Assembly: GCA_048213135.1 (NCBI GenBank)
Contig: PS015016.1
Coordinates: 192,681-244,910, forward strand
Source: Reclinomonas americana ATCC 50394
Taxonomy: Eukaryota
DNA: 52,230 nt
Reading direction: 5' to 3'
Below the pieces are notes generated by a model, which saw nothing but the letters and a program-made list of their open reading frames with translations, was not told the origin of the DNA and made no database searches. Below are positions 1 to 11,503 of this stretch, piece by piece (the first letter of the stretch is position 1; each line of letters opens with the position of its first letter). The translations under genes were made by a program, and so were the position numbers.

Positions 1-78
1 GAGCGAGCACGAGCGATGTAAATAAACAACCAGTGAGTACAACACCTGCCATGCAAACGCAGAGTGGCGCAACGCAAC

Positions 79-930
79 ACTGTGCGTATGAAAAAAAAAT
101 TCAGCCACGACTGTCAGTCAGGTACAACAATTGCACGCAAGGGCTGAACAAACGCAACGCTATGGAGGCACCGAAAAGCGAGCCGCGGAAACACAAACGG
201 GATGTCAGTCTCTCACTGCACAAGAACACCGCACTACTCGACAAGACGCAACACTGTGCGAAAAAACACACGTGAGCACAATGAGACAAATACAAAAGAC
301 GGCAAGCACATCTGACTCACACTACTCGCGCGTGTGAGGCGGAGAGACGGTAAGTTCCCGAACAACGAAAGGAGCGATGCGAAACTGAAAAAATGAACGC
401 AACGCATGTGTGGGCCACCTGAATCGCAACGAGAAACACAGTGAGCACTTTGTGCACAAGCAAGCAAACTCACATAAACAGAGAAGGGGAGTCTCACCGG
501 TAGAGTCTCGTCACTGGCGTGTCCTCCGAACCGGTTGATGGTGAATGGACAGTCCCCTGCATAATGTGCGTGAGCAACACGCGCAGAGACCGCATGATAT
601 TCACTGTCAAAGAGTTCGCAACACTGCCAACAAGTTGTCGTGAGCAGAGTGAGATACACACAGTCGATAAGTGCACGACTTGGAACGCAACAGAATCGTC
701 GTTCGGCGGCAGGCGATTGCGACCCCACACCTGCAGCACACAATTCTCGTGAGGTCAGACCATTCTTTAGAGGAAATAATGTACTCCTGGTTACAACGCA
801 ACAAAGCCTGCAGATGCACGCACTGCATTGTTAGCAACAACGTATCACGCACGAACAGAACACAAATGACGCAACGAAGGAACAGCTGGCGCTCCTCGGC
901 GGTGAAGGACTGCAGCGCACGCCACAAGTA
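79..930 (-). CDS. HERC-type HECT E3 ubiquitin ligase, C-lobe part 1 (partial; on an apparently inverted contig)
   Basis: Minus-strand exons 930-876, 807-803 (5 nt), 730-692, 623 (1 nt), 556-498, 418-404, and 1-nt exons 321, 253, 159, 79. All have AG/GT boundaries and splice to YLWRALQSFTAEERQLFLRFVWGRNRLPPNDDSWDCPFTINRFGGHASDETLPVAHTCF(F), the HECT C-lobe with the catalytic Cys. Confidence 0.9.
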
Positions 931-1542
931 CTGCACGCTCACGCGATTAGCAGGAGCGTATGCAACAGTTCCTCTATCAGCCTGACCTGTCTCCGTGCCG
1001 AAATGATCTGTGCCTCTCTCTCTCACTCTNNNNNNNNNNNNNNNNNNNNNNNNNNNNNNNNNNNNNNNNNNNNNNNNNNNNNNNNNNNNNNNNNNNNNNN
1101 NNNNNNNNNNNNNNNNNNNNNNNNNNNNNNNNNNNNNNNNNNNNNNNNNNNNNNNNNNNNNNNNNNNNNNNNNNNNNNNNNNNNNNNNNNNNNNNNNNNN
1201 NNNNNNNNNNNNNNNNNNNNNNNNNNNNNNNNNNNNNNNNNNNNNNNNNNNNNNNNNNNNNNNNNNNNNNNNNNNNNNNNNNNNNNNNNNNNNNNNNNNN
1301 NNNNNNNNNNNNNNNNNNNNNNNNNNNNNNNNNNNNNNNNNNNNNNNNNNNNNNNNNNNNNNNNNNNNNNNNNNNNNNNNNNNNNNNNNNNNNNNNNNNN
1401 NNNNNNNNNNNNNNNNNNNNNNNNNNNNNNNNNNNNNNNNNNNNNNNNNNNNNNNNNNNNNNNNNNNNNNNNNNNNNNNNNNNNNNNNNNNNNNNNNNNN
1501 NNNNNNNNNNNNNNNNNNNNNNNNNNNNNTTCGCACATGCAG

Positions 1543-2232
1543 TGTTGCGTCTCTCGTAATCTGCTTTCTAACTGCCTCGATTGTGTGTCACTCACTTGGT
1601 CGTTTCTTGCATGTCCTGCAGCTCGGTTCGGCTGTATTTTGCTGTCTTTGTGCATGCTGAATATCTGTTGTGTGATTTGAGTGCTCACCTGTGCCACCTG
1701 CAACTCGCCCGGTTCGATGTGCACAGCTCGGTGAGTGCAGTGTTCTTTTTGAGTCACGTGATGGTGATTCTGATGCGGTTCTTGGTGGGGGAACGTGCAG
1801 ACTTGCCGGAGTACACGTCGCAAGATGTGCTGCGCGAGCGCATCCTGTTTGGTGTGTGTTCTTGATGGGCGACGTTGTTGTATTTCAAATGCATTGCTAA
1901 ATTTGTTGTTTCTCCAGCCATTGTCAACTGCCAGGCCATCGATACCGACTTCAATCCGGAGAGGTGAGGAGTGTTGTGAAGTGTGTTGTGTGTTTAATTG
2001 TGACTTGGCTAACTCTGTTTGTAACACACAGCTCTGCGTGCGTCGCATCGTGTCACGCACATCTTCTGCGGTGCTTGCTTGTTCCTCACATTTTTTTGTT
2101 GTTGAATGTTGCTGTACACAGCTGGTATGTTATCGTCCAAGAGGGTTGGGAAAAGGTGTAAGGTTGGCAATAGTGAGTGTGTGTGACGGTTCTTCTCGTG
2201 TGTGCAGGTTGGATGCCGGTGTCGAGGAGTGA
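1543..2232 (+). CDS. HERC-type HECT E3 ubiquitin ligase, C-lobe part 2 (C-terminus)
   Basis: Exons 1543 (1 nt), 1622-1625, 1727-1730, 1801-1851, 1918-1963, 2032-2037, 2122-2124 and 2208-2232 give (F)SLDLPEYTSQDVLRERILFAIVNCQAIDTDFNPESSAWLDAGVEE*. This matches the HERC1/2-like terminus LxLPxYxS...LxYAIxNCxxIDxD. Confidence 0.9.
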
Positions 2233-2788
2233 GCAGGTACAGGTGGACGTTGAATGGGAGGAACACGTGAAAAGATCAACAATGAATGCCATGGTTATAC
2301 TCTTTGTGACGTGATGGGAGAGGAGATGGTAACAGCTGTCTTGATGACCAAGTTCAAAACATCACACAAACACTAGTCTTGAGGACAACAATAGACAGTT
2401 CACTGATCCAGTCTGGAGATCCACACACAACAATGAGCATCTACCAGTGATCGCCAACAAGTCCCGTGTGCTTTCCTTCTACAACTAAAACTGTTAAAAG
2501 TGTGTTATCGATGTTGAGAATATAGCCCTATTCAGCACACACTGCCACCAGGCCAAGAAGAAGACTTCGTCAGCAGTGATTGCTAGTTACCGATTGGAAG
2601 ACGTCCATCGCAGTAACAGCAGGTTTCTTGTGTCTCTCACACATCTCACACACCATCGACAATGGGCGTGACAAAGGGAACAACACGTGCAGCAGTCTTC
2701 CCCTGCGCACTGACGTCCTCCTCTGGCAAACCTCATGCAAGAAAGAAGCAAATTTTCGCAGCGTGTCATTTGTTTGTTTGTTTTTGTG

Positions 2789-3404
2789 ATGGCGGAGGAA
2801 GAGCAGTACTTGTTCTCGAAAGAGTACTATGCTAACTTGCTTGCCCGCATCAAGGCGTTTGCTGAGCGTGCGAGTCGAAAAGTCTATCGGGACCACAAGC
2901 GCAGTTCGACTGTGACTGTGTTTCCTGGAGATGACTACGGTGGCGAGTATGATAATGCGGGAGAGGAAGTGGAGGTGATCGAGGACTCGGTTGGTGGCGA
3001 TCGTGATCGCGAGGTCGATGGCGGCTATCTCAGTGACTGGCCATGGGGCGAGTGCGCCAAGGACTCCACAGTTACGCCCTGCTCTCGCATTGTATGTGTG
3101 CCTCTCTCTCTTTGTGTGTGTGTGTGTGTATGTGCACGTGTGTGTTGGTGGTGGTGGTGTGCGTGTGTTGGTGGTGGTGGTGGCGGTGTGTTGCAATTGT
3201 GTAAAGATATTGGTTGCATTTTTCTGTGAACAGAGGCATCGTGCGGGCATGGCTGGTCATGAGCTTTTCAAGGTCGCTGCAGCTGCCAGTGCGGTAGCAA
3301 GTGTGCTTGATCATGAAGCTCCTTCGAATCCGGATCCACTGCCGGCGCTACATCCCGTCGATTTGCCACCAGCGTTGTTGCGTGACTTACTGATGGCACA
3401 TTGA
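2789..3404 (+). CDS. hypothetical protein (two exons)
   Basis: MAEEEQYLFSKEYYANLLARIKAF... open reading frame, a GTATGT donor near 3092, a GT-repeat intron, then a second exon ...RHRAGMAGHELF...LLMAH*. No family recognised. Confidence 0.5.
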
Positions 3405-5593
3405 TCTCACGCACACACACACTCTCGATGAGTGTTTCTGCTTGGCTGTGTGTGGTCTGTCGATCGTGGACCACACGCTCGTTGTCGATGTGTACAGGAA
3501 AGAAGAGTGTGCCCCAGCATCTCTTGCGCATGCCTGTTTGTTTCTTTGTGCTCGTGCGAGCGCCTTCATGTTTCTCCCTCTCTCCCTCTCTGTGCGATAT
3601 TTTACGCGTGGCGCGCACACACTCACACACCGCAGAGAGAGAGAAACAGCGTCGCTCTCGCGTTGTGCAAGTGTTGTCTCAAAGTGCCAGTTTTCTCTGC
3701 TTCTTTCTCTCCGTTTCTCCCACAGTTATTTTGCTTTGCCTGCACACACAAACACACACACGCTCAACTTTGCGGATGAGATCTAGAGTGCGCAGAGCGT
3801 GGCAAGTAACTATCTACGGTGTTGGTGGGTTTCCCATGGTCTGATCGAAGTGTGTAATATTTCCAAATTTGGCAGATCCTTTAAAGCTTTTGCCGGTATG
3901 TTGCATGATTTCTCTCTTCACGCATGCATGCACTCGCACGCTGTTCTTCCACATAAGAGAGAGAATGAAATTGATAGTACACACCACGGTGGATGTGTGT
4001 GTGTGTGTGTGAGTCTCTCNNNNNNNNNNNNNNNNNNNNNNNNNNNNNNNNNNNNNNNNNNNNNNNNNNNNNNNNNNNNNNNNNNNNNNNNNNNNNNNNN
4101 NNNNNNNNNNNNNNNNNNNNNNNNNNNNNNNNNNNNNNNNNNNNNNNNNNNNNNNNNNNNNNNNNNNNNNNNNNNNNNNNNNNNNNNNNNNNNNNNNNNN
4201 NNNNNNNNNNNNNNNNNNNNNNNNNNNNNNNNNNNNNNNNNNNNNNNNNNNNNNNNNNNNNNNNNNNNNNNNNNNNNNNNNNNNNNNNNNNNNNNNNNNN
4301 NNNNNNNNNNNNNNNNNNNNNNNNNNNNNNNNNNNNNNNNNNNNNNNNNNNNNNNNNNNNNNNNNNNNNNNNNNNNNNNNNNNNNNNNNNNNNNNNNNNN
4401 NNNNNNNNNNNNNNNNNNNNNNNNNNNNNNNNNNNNNNNNNNNNNNNNNNNNNNNNNNNNNNNNNNNNNNNNNNNNNNNNNNNNNNNNNNNNNNNNNNNN
4501 NNNNNNNNNNNNNNNNNNNNNNNNNNNNNNNNNNNNNNNNNNNNNNNNNNNNNNNNNNNNNNNNNNNNNNNNNNNNNNNNNNNNNNNNNNNNNNNNNNNN
4601 NNNNNNNNNNNNNNNNNNNNNNNNNNNNNNNNNNNNNNNNNNNNNNNNNNAGGCCGACATTATACGGCACACCAATCACTCCGCTCTGCTCATGCCGTAC
4701 TTCATGTGCTTGAAGAGAAATGTTAGTTGCTTGAGTTTTCTTTGCTCAAATAAGCAAAATGAAAGAAGAACGAGTAGGAGACAATACTTATGTCGACTGC
4801 TCGTTCTTCACTTTCAGAAACCATAGTATACCATAAGTAACTAATTAAGCTGCGACAGCGGCTCCATGGCCAGGCGCTAACGGAAACCGTCCTAGGCCTG
4901 CTGCGCCATGATGCTAGCGCTGCGCAGCCGCCACACCAATTGCAGTCCAGTGCTGGCAGTCTCGAGAAGACATTGGGGCACAACACGGTATCAGACCGGC
5001 GGACATATCGCAACGTCTTTTCGATGGGAAGATGCTGATTGTTGTGTGCATGCGTGCAGACTTGTCGGTGCGCAGTGTGTGCGTTGAGCTGCATTCGTGG
5101 TGGCATGTATCACTTGGCCCAGTTTTCTCGCGAGGCAACAAGCACTGCGGCTGGCAGCAACAACGTTGAAACAAGGGGCTTCTGGAAGGAGATTGACGCC
5201 TGCTTTGTTTGAGAGCAAAAGAAGAGCGAAAACGAACAGGACAACTGAATGAAGTGGTGGTTCCTGCTGCCTGGTCGTATCTCACTCTGAAAACCTAAGT
5301 ATACCAATCGGACTAGCGACCTGCGGAGGTCGGTAGTCCCGATCCACACAATTGCAACACATGTAATACAACAAAAACCCGCGGCCGGACCCCATCTACA
5401 AATTGTTGTTGATTTCTCGTGTGCGCTGGCATTTCGAATTCAAAGCGCTGCGGATTGGCGACCTTCGCAATACAGTTTTTAACATGGACTGCAGTGAAGG
5501 CCGCATGTTTGTCGTTTTCGGAATGCCACCAAATCCACAGTCCACCCAAGTGACCAAAAACGCAATCACAGTGTTTCTCTTTCCACACGCAAC

Positions 5594-8055
5594 ATGTCAC
5601 AGAAAGTCCAAGAGCGTCATCAGAAGATCCTGCGCGATCTTGTGCAGCTTCCCGACAACCGCCGTTGCTTCTCGTGCTCCACTCGAGTTGCGTCATCTGC
5701 AACAGTTGTCGACGCAGTACGCACACACACACACTCTCTCTCTTGCTCTCTGTACATTCCCTCCCCTGTCAGTGCTCTCTCTCTAGAGACAGAAAGAATG
5801 TGTGTGGACACACCCAATTTGCGTGTGTTGCTCATGTCCACACCATCGTCGCTCGACACGCGCACACACGCAACACACACGCGCGCGCTCAGCCGCTTCT
5901 GTGTGTACGCATGAGCACGCGTGTCTCTGCGCGTGTGCACCACGCGCGCGGTTTTCTCTCGCTCTCTTTCTCTTCACACTGCATCACATTGCGTGGGGTT
6001 GTCAATGCCCGCCACCACTCGCGCGCGCACACACGCCCACACTCTCGCTCCCTTCCACTGATGCGTGTTTCTCCTCTCGCCGCGCACTCGTGTTCTCCTG
6101 CCTGCACACTTGTGTTGTGAGAGTTCTATTTTTCTTGCAAGCTCACATCCACGCCACACACACACGCGTTCACAGGGCAACGTGTACGCGGTGCTGCCGT
6201 TCAACATCTTTGGTTTGTTGTCTACTTGCTGCCTAGAGGTAAACCTCCTCCCCTCGCCACGTCATTGACTCATATCTCCTGCTGTGCAGTCTGCACGCAC
6301 TGTGCCGGCATTCAGTTTCGTCTGTTTCTCGTCCTCGGGAGTCGCACTGTTGGCTTACTGTCTGTGTGTGTTTGTGATAGCCGCAAGTTCACCAACCACC
6401 GCGTCAAGGGCATTGGTATGGCCAATTTTACCCCCGATGAGGTCAAGGCGCTGCAGGAGGGCGGCAACAAGGTCTGCTGGAGCTCGCTGACTTCGCGCGC
6501 TCTCTCAATCTATCACACTCACCACCACCTCTCCTCTCTTTTGTTTCTTTATTCATAGGTCGCTCGCGATGTCTGGCTCGGCCAGCTGAAGGACAGCGAC
6601 ATTCGTCTGCCCGACCCCAAGGACGATCGGTTCGTATTCGGCCGCCCCTTCTCGTTGTTCATGCACTGATCTCTCTGTCTCGTTTGCAGTCTGATCGAGG
6701 CGTTCATTCGGAGCGTCTTTGAGCAGAAGCGCTACTACCGCGAGCCAGGAGAGGGTGGCTCGGGCGGCTTTGACGACGATGTTGCGTCGCACGCATGCAT
6801 CACAGAGTGAGAGGATTCTTGTGTTGCTGATCGTGACGCAGGGTGAGGTCGATTCCATTCCGCAAGCCGACGTCCGCGAAGTCGTGAGGGAGCTGCCAAA
6901 GCTCCATGTTGCGTCTTCCTGCTCTATAACGCGCCCTTGCGTCTTTTATGCTCATGAGAACGAGCAGGTGTCGGATCCGGGCACTCGCCCCCGCTCTGGC
7001 TCGGGCCGCAAGATGCAGCTCGGCGGTGGAGGTGGTGGTGCTGGTAGCTCTGCCACACACGCTCGTCGCGATCACTCGCCCGAGAAGCCGGCGGCCGCGG
7101 AGAAGCCAGCTGCCGCAGCCGGTGGCAAGAGCGGTGGTGTTGCGTCACTCGTGCACAAAGTTGGTTTATCGCAGCAGATGATTGACATGTGCATGTTTGG
7201 CTTGCAGGATGATCCATTTGGATTCTTTGATGGCCCCGACCCGCATGCCAGCGCCGCCAAGGCACCTTCGGCGGCCGTGGCTGGTGAGCATGCGTCATAT
7301 CACGCGCGATACATAATGTCCACTCACGTGTACTTGTTGCAGGTCTTGATGAGTTTGACGCCGCGTGGGACGATGATGGAGTGCGTCGTCGCATGTTTTT
7401 GATTTCATGTTGGCGCTTGCTTTCACTCACTTCGTCTGTTCTGTCCAGGCTGCGGCTGCGGCTTCGGCAGCACCTGCCAAGGACAAGAAGTCGATTGTGT
7501 CGGATCTGTTCAAGTCGGTGAGTCGCTCCCTCTCTCGTTTTACCACTGTACCTCTCCCTTCCTCTGACACATGAAATCAGATGCCGGGTGGTGGCTTTGG
7601 TGGTGGTTTTGGCGGTCAGGCGGCACCCTACGGCGCCAACCCGTACGGCGCGCAAGCCAATCCCTACGGTCAACCGGCTGGCGGCAACCCCTACGGCCAA
7701 CCGGCCGGTGGCAATCCGTACGGACAGCCGGCTGGTGGTAACCCCTACGGGCAGCCGGCTGGCGGCAACCCGTACGGCCAAGCTGCGGGTGGCAACCCAT
7801 TCGGCGGAGCTGCTGGCGGCAACCCGTTCGGTGGTGCTGCCGCAGGCGGTTACAACATGCCGCAGCAGGCCAACCCCTACGGCGGAGCCGCGCAGGGTGG
7901 CAATCCGTTTGGTGGACAGCAGGCGCAGGGCGGCAATCCGTTTGGTGGTGGTGAGTTCCATTTCTGTCCATTTTTTCCTGTCTTTAATGTTCTCGTACTC
8001 ATGTCAGTTGTCGCCAGACATGGGTGGCTTTGGCGGTGGCTACCCGCAGCAGCAG

Positions 8056-8090
<35 letters not shown>

Positions 8091-8885
8091 GCAGCAGTAC
8101 CAGCAGCAGATGTACGCGCAGCAGATGATGGCTCAGCAGCAACAGCAGCAGATGATGATGGCGCAGGGTATGCTCCCGTACGGCGCCGCCGGCGGTTATG
8201 GAGCTCACCAGGGTGAGTTCCACTCGCCCCCTCCAACCGTGACGTTGGTATGTACTGACTCCACTCCGTAGGTATGATGGGCGGAGGTCTTGGAGCTGGC
8301 CTGCCGGGTATGCCTGGTCAGTCAGCGGCACAGCCTGGCGTCGGTGGTGGCTTTGGAGCACCTGCACCCGCACCAGTGAGTGACACGTCTCGTGTTTCTG
8401 GATGATTGCCACTTGTTGATCTGATTTTTTTGTGTCGACGCAGGAACCCGCTGCCCCTGATCCATTCGCGGGCATTGTGGACTTGAAGCACGCTAATGTG
8501 GCCAAGAAGCCTGCCGGTGCTCCCGCTCCGGCACGCCCAGCTGGTATGTTGCTTGCGCGCTGACGCATGCATTCTTATGTCTGTTTCGTCGTTTGACGTG
8601 TTTTCTTGCGCCAGCTGCCCCGGCGGCCGCACCATCAAATGGATTCGGCGACGCGTTCGGCGCCCCTGCTCCCGCTCGCGCCCCGGCACCCGCTGCCTCG
8701 TCGATGAGCAGCAGCGATCCGTTTGGTGACCCATTCGGTGCTCCTGCGCCTGCGCAAGGTACGACAAACGCTCCCGCTTGCCACCTGTCAGTCTATGCCT
8801 TCTCACACCATTCTCTCTCCGCACAGCGCCGAAGCCTGCAGCTGCTCCTGCGGCGGCCGCTGGCAATCCGTTTGACTTCTTCTAA
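5594..8885 (+). CDS. ArfGAP, AGFG/HRB-like, with NPF/NPY/DPF-rich tail
   Basis: Spliced N-terminus MSQKVQERHQKILRDLVQLPDNRRCFSC-x16-CTHCAGIHRKFTNHRVKGIGMANFTPDEVKALQEGGNK, i.e. a C4 zinc finger plus Arg finger. Followed by many short exons, GGNPY/NPF repeats, polyQ and DPF motifs. Ends GNPFDFF*. Confidence 0.9.
7630..7950 (+). repeat. 27-bp coding tandem repeat (GGNPYGQPA / GGNPFG)
   Basis: Repeated ggc/ggt-aac/aat-ccc/ccg-tac/ttc units inside ArfGAP exon 7581-7950. Confidence 0.85.
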
Positions 8886-9091
8886 GCTCCCTGTCAACCA
8901 CTTGCCCCTCTCTCCCTCTCTCCTGTCGCTAGTTGGCATGAAAAAGAAGTATTTCACCAGTATCCCGTGTAGTTGCTGTCCCTCGCTCGGACAGTTGTCT
9001 TTGTCTCGTTTCCTCACTCTCTGTTCCTTTTTTTTTTACTCTTTCGTTTTAGTAAACCTCCCATCTTTCTCTCTCACTCTCTCACTCTCTC

Positions 9092-9736
9092 TCATCGATA
9101 GTATCGCTGCACACTGTCGCAAATGGCCTCGACACCCGACTTGGCGTCGTCCTCGCTCACATTGCGCGGACACACCGCCCACCAGCACACAAGCAGCGTG
9201 TGCCGCAGCTGTGCAAACGAGGCCGGCAGCATCTCCACCGGCGCACTGCCAATGCCGAGATCCAGCAGCGCGGACAACTCGCCAATGCCCTCCGGCAACG
9301 CGCTCAGCTCCTCATTGCCGTCCACATGCAGCACCTGCAGTCGCCGCAGCTGACACACCTCATCCGGCAGGCGGCGTAGCCTATTACGATCCACTCGCAG
9401 CTCACGCAGGTGCACCAGCAGTGCAATCTCCCGTGGCAGCTCCTCCAGCGCATTGTCATGCAACGCCAGGTGCGTCAACGAACCCGCTAATGAGCGACAC
9501 AGTGGCGCTGGTAGACACCCGCGCAACGCATTGTGATCCAAGTACACGTGCACAGTGCGGCTGCCGACCGCCTCAGCGAGCGCCACCCACACCTCGTCTT
9601 CCACGGACTCGAGCGTGCGATCATGAGCGTCGATCACCACCTCCTCGTGTGACGCATTCTGCTCGATCGCTCTCAACGTCGCCAGTGACGAGAGTCGCCA
9701 CACGTGGTCGTCGCACGCAGGAACACGCCACTCCAT
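9092..9736 (-). CDS. leucine-rich repeat protein (single exon)
   Basis: MEWRVPAC... with typical LRRs: LTHLALHDNALEELPREIALLVHLRELRVDRNRLRRLPDEVCQL. Confidence 0.85.
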   Translation of the reverse strand: MEWRVPACDDHVWRLSSLATLRAIEQNASHEEVVIDAHDRTLESVEDEVWVALAEAVGSRTVHVYLDHNALRGCLPAPLCRSLAGSLTHLALHDNALEELPREIALLVHLRELRVDRNRLRRLPDEVCQLRRLQVLHVDGNEELSALPEGIGELSALLDLGIGSAPVEMLPASFAQLRHTLLVCWWAVCPRNVSEDDAKSGVEAICDSVQRYYR

Positions 9737-9812
9737 CCAAGGTGCAAAGAAAGGCGAAGGAAGGACACGATCGGGCGGGACACCACTTTGTGGACGGTAT
9801 ATAATAGAAGGA

Positions 9813-10915
9813 ATGGGAGAGAGGGAGGTGTGGCTGGCGACCGCCAGCAGTGACCCCGTGTCTACAGTGGACGAGTACACCTCCAAGGCCGGCGGTCGTC
9901 CGGTGCGTGCACGTCACACACTCACATAACATGCACACTCTCTTCATCATCCTCTCACTCTTCCTGCACACCAGGTGTGGCTGGTGCCGCCTTCTGCTGG
10001 AAGCGATGGAGAAGGTGTGCGCTGTCTGTCATGCGGAGGTGCACTGTGGCTGCTCGTGCAGGTGCACTATCCCATGTGCGGAGTGGAGGAGCTGATGATG
10101 TTGGTGTTTGGGTGTCCATCGGCTGCATGTTGCGGCAAGCCGGGCAGGTGCGTGCGAGTCGCCTGTCTCTCGAGCTCCTCGGCGGCGCACTCAAGTGTGT
10201 GTGTGTGTGGTCAGTGTGAGGGCGTTCCGATCGCAGAGGAGGCCTGCACCAGTGGCAGCGACGACGACAGCAGCTGCGGCGTCGCCTGTTGTCAAGTACA
10301 CGGCCACGTTTGCTGTCAGCGATGACTGGGGCGCAGATGATGACGACGACGAAGAGGAAGAGGAAAAAAAGAAGGCGGTGGAGGAGGAGGAGAAGGTTGT
10401 TGCACCGGTACCATCGCAGGCGTCGAGCAGCTCTGGTGCGATTGTTGAGGAGGGCGAAGAGGAGGTGGAGAAGCCGGAGGCCGTGGCCGAGGTCGAGGTG
10501 GAAGGGGAGGCCGAGGTGGATGTGGATGCTGACATTGAGGCGCTGCTGCAGCTGCGATTACAGCAGCTGACGGGCGATCAGCGAAGGAAACCGAGTTGCG
10601 ACGACGCCACTCGTTCATCTACACAATCGCGTCACTCACTTGGGGCATGTCGCAGAGCGATCGGCAGCGGCTCATGCACCATCGACCGACGTTGGAGAGG
10701 AAGGAGGGGGAGGGGGAGGTGAGGCATCTGGCAGCGGCAGCAGCAGTGGTGGTTCGGCTGCGTTCCCGGAGATGTACCTGGCTGTGTTTCGCGAACCCGA
10801 TGCCTCGGCCGAGCTGGCCGACGACGACGAGACCTCTCGACTCATGCACGAGTACGAGGCACACGCAGCAGAGCGCGAAAGCGAGGAAGCAGAGTCGGCA
10901 GCAGGCGGTGGCGGC
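9813..10915 (+). CDS. PDCD2L/TSR4-like protein, N-terminal part (truncated by gap)
   Basis: MGEREVWLA...YTSKAGGRP|VWL...CLSCGGALWLLVQVHYP...LVFGCPSAAC matches the PDCD2-family N-terminal motif. Acidic DDWG linker follows. The C-terminal domain is lost in the N gap. Confidence 0.75.
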
Positions 10916-11056
10916 NNNNNNNNNNNNNNNNNNNNNNNNNNNNNNNNNNNNNNNNNNNNNNNNNNNNNNNNNNNNNNNNAATTGTACATCGAGACGACTG
11001 ATCGACAGACAGACGGACTCATCGCACTGTTTCTTTTCAGTGTCTTTGTTGCGCGC

Positions 11057-11450
11057 ATGCTGTCCATCACAGGCCTCTTCAAGCTCATCATCCTCTTCCT
11101 CAACGCCTTTGCCATCCTGTCAGAGACGTTCCTGGCGCAGAGTTACGCTCTCTCCCACACTCTCTCTCTCAGTGTGTCTCTCTCACACGAATCGCACACA
11201 GTCGGTCTGGCCGAGCCCAAAGGCCAAGGCGCACACGATGCCGCCTTTCTGCGCCAGATAGGCGGTGCCTCGCAAGACTCTGTGCGCATTCGCCTCATGA
11301 AGTTCCTGGAGAGCGTGCGCTTCCTCATGCGAAGTTACACTCAGTCTTCCTCTCATGCACACACACGCACACACTGACTGTTAATGTGCACACAGCACCA
11401 CTGATCTTCCTCAACACGCTCACCATGGCCGTGCTGATTGTGTTTGGATA
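11057..11450 (+). CDS. YOS1: Yos1/IER3IP1 ER-Golgi membrane protein
   Basis: Three exons give MLSITGLFKLIILFLNAFAILSETFLAQIG...KFLESVRFLMRTPLIFLNTLTMAVLIVFG*, matching the Yos1 signature. Confidence 0.88.
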
Positions 11451-11503
11451 GCACATTGAGTAAACAACGTTTGAGTTGTCCTTCATGTTCGCGCTCTTTC
11501 CAC

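Noticed and set aside
79-403. RNA editing (U/C insertion) as the source of the missing FF codons
   Set aside because: Each needed base is present in the genome in the right order between a YAG and a GT donor, so splicing explains it more simply.
607-4826. Long ORFs spanning N runs (also 49673-50269)
   Set aside because: Artefacts of translating assembly gaps.
5288-5306. U1 5' end (ATACTTA on minus) or telomerase template (aaacctaa on plus)
   Set aside because: The match stops short of ACTTACCTG, and there is no 1.5-repeat template. Consistent with chance.
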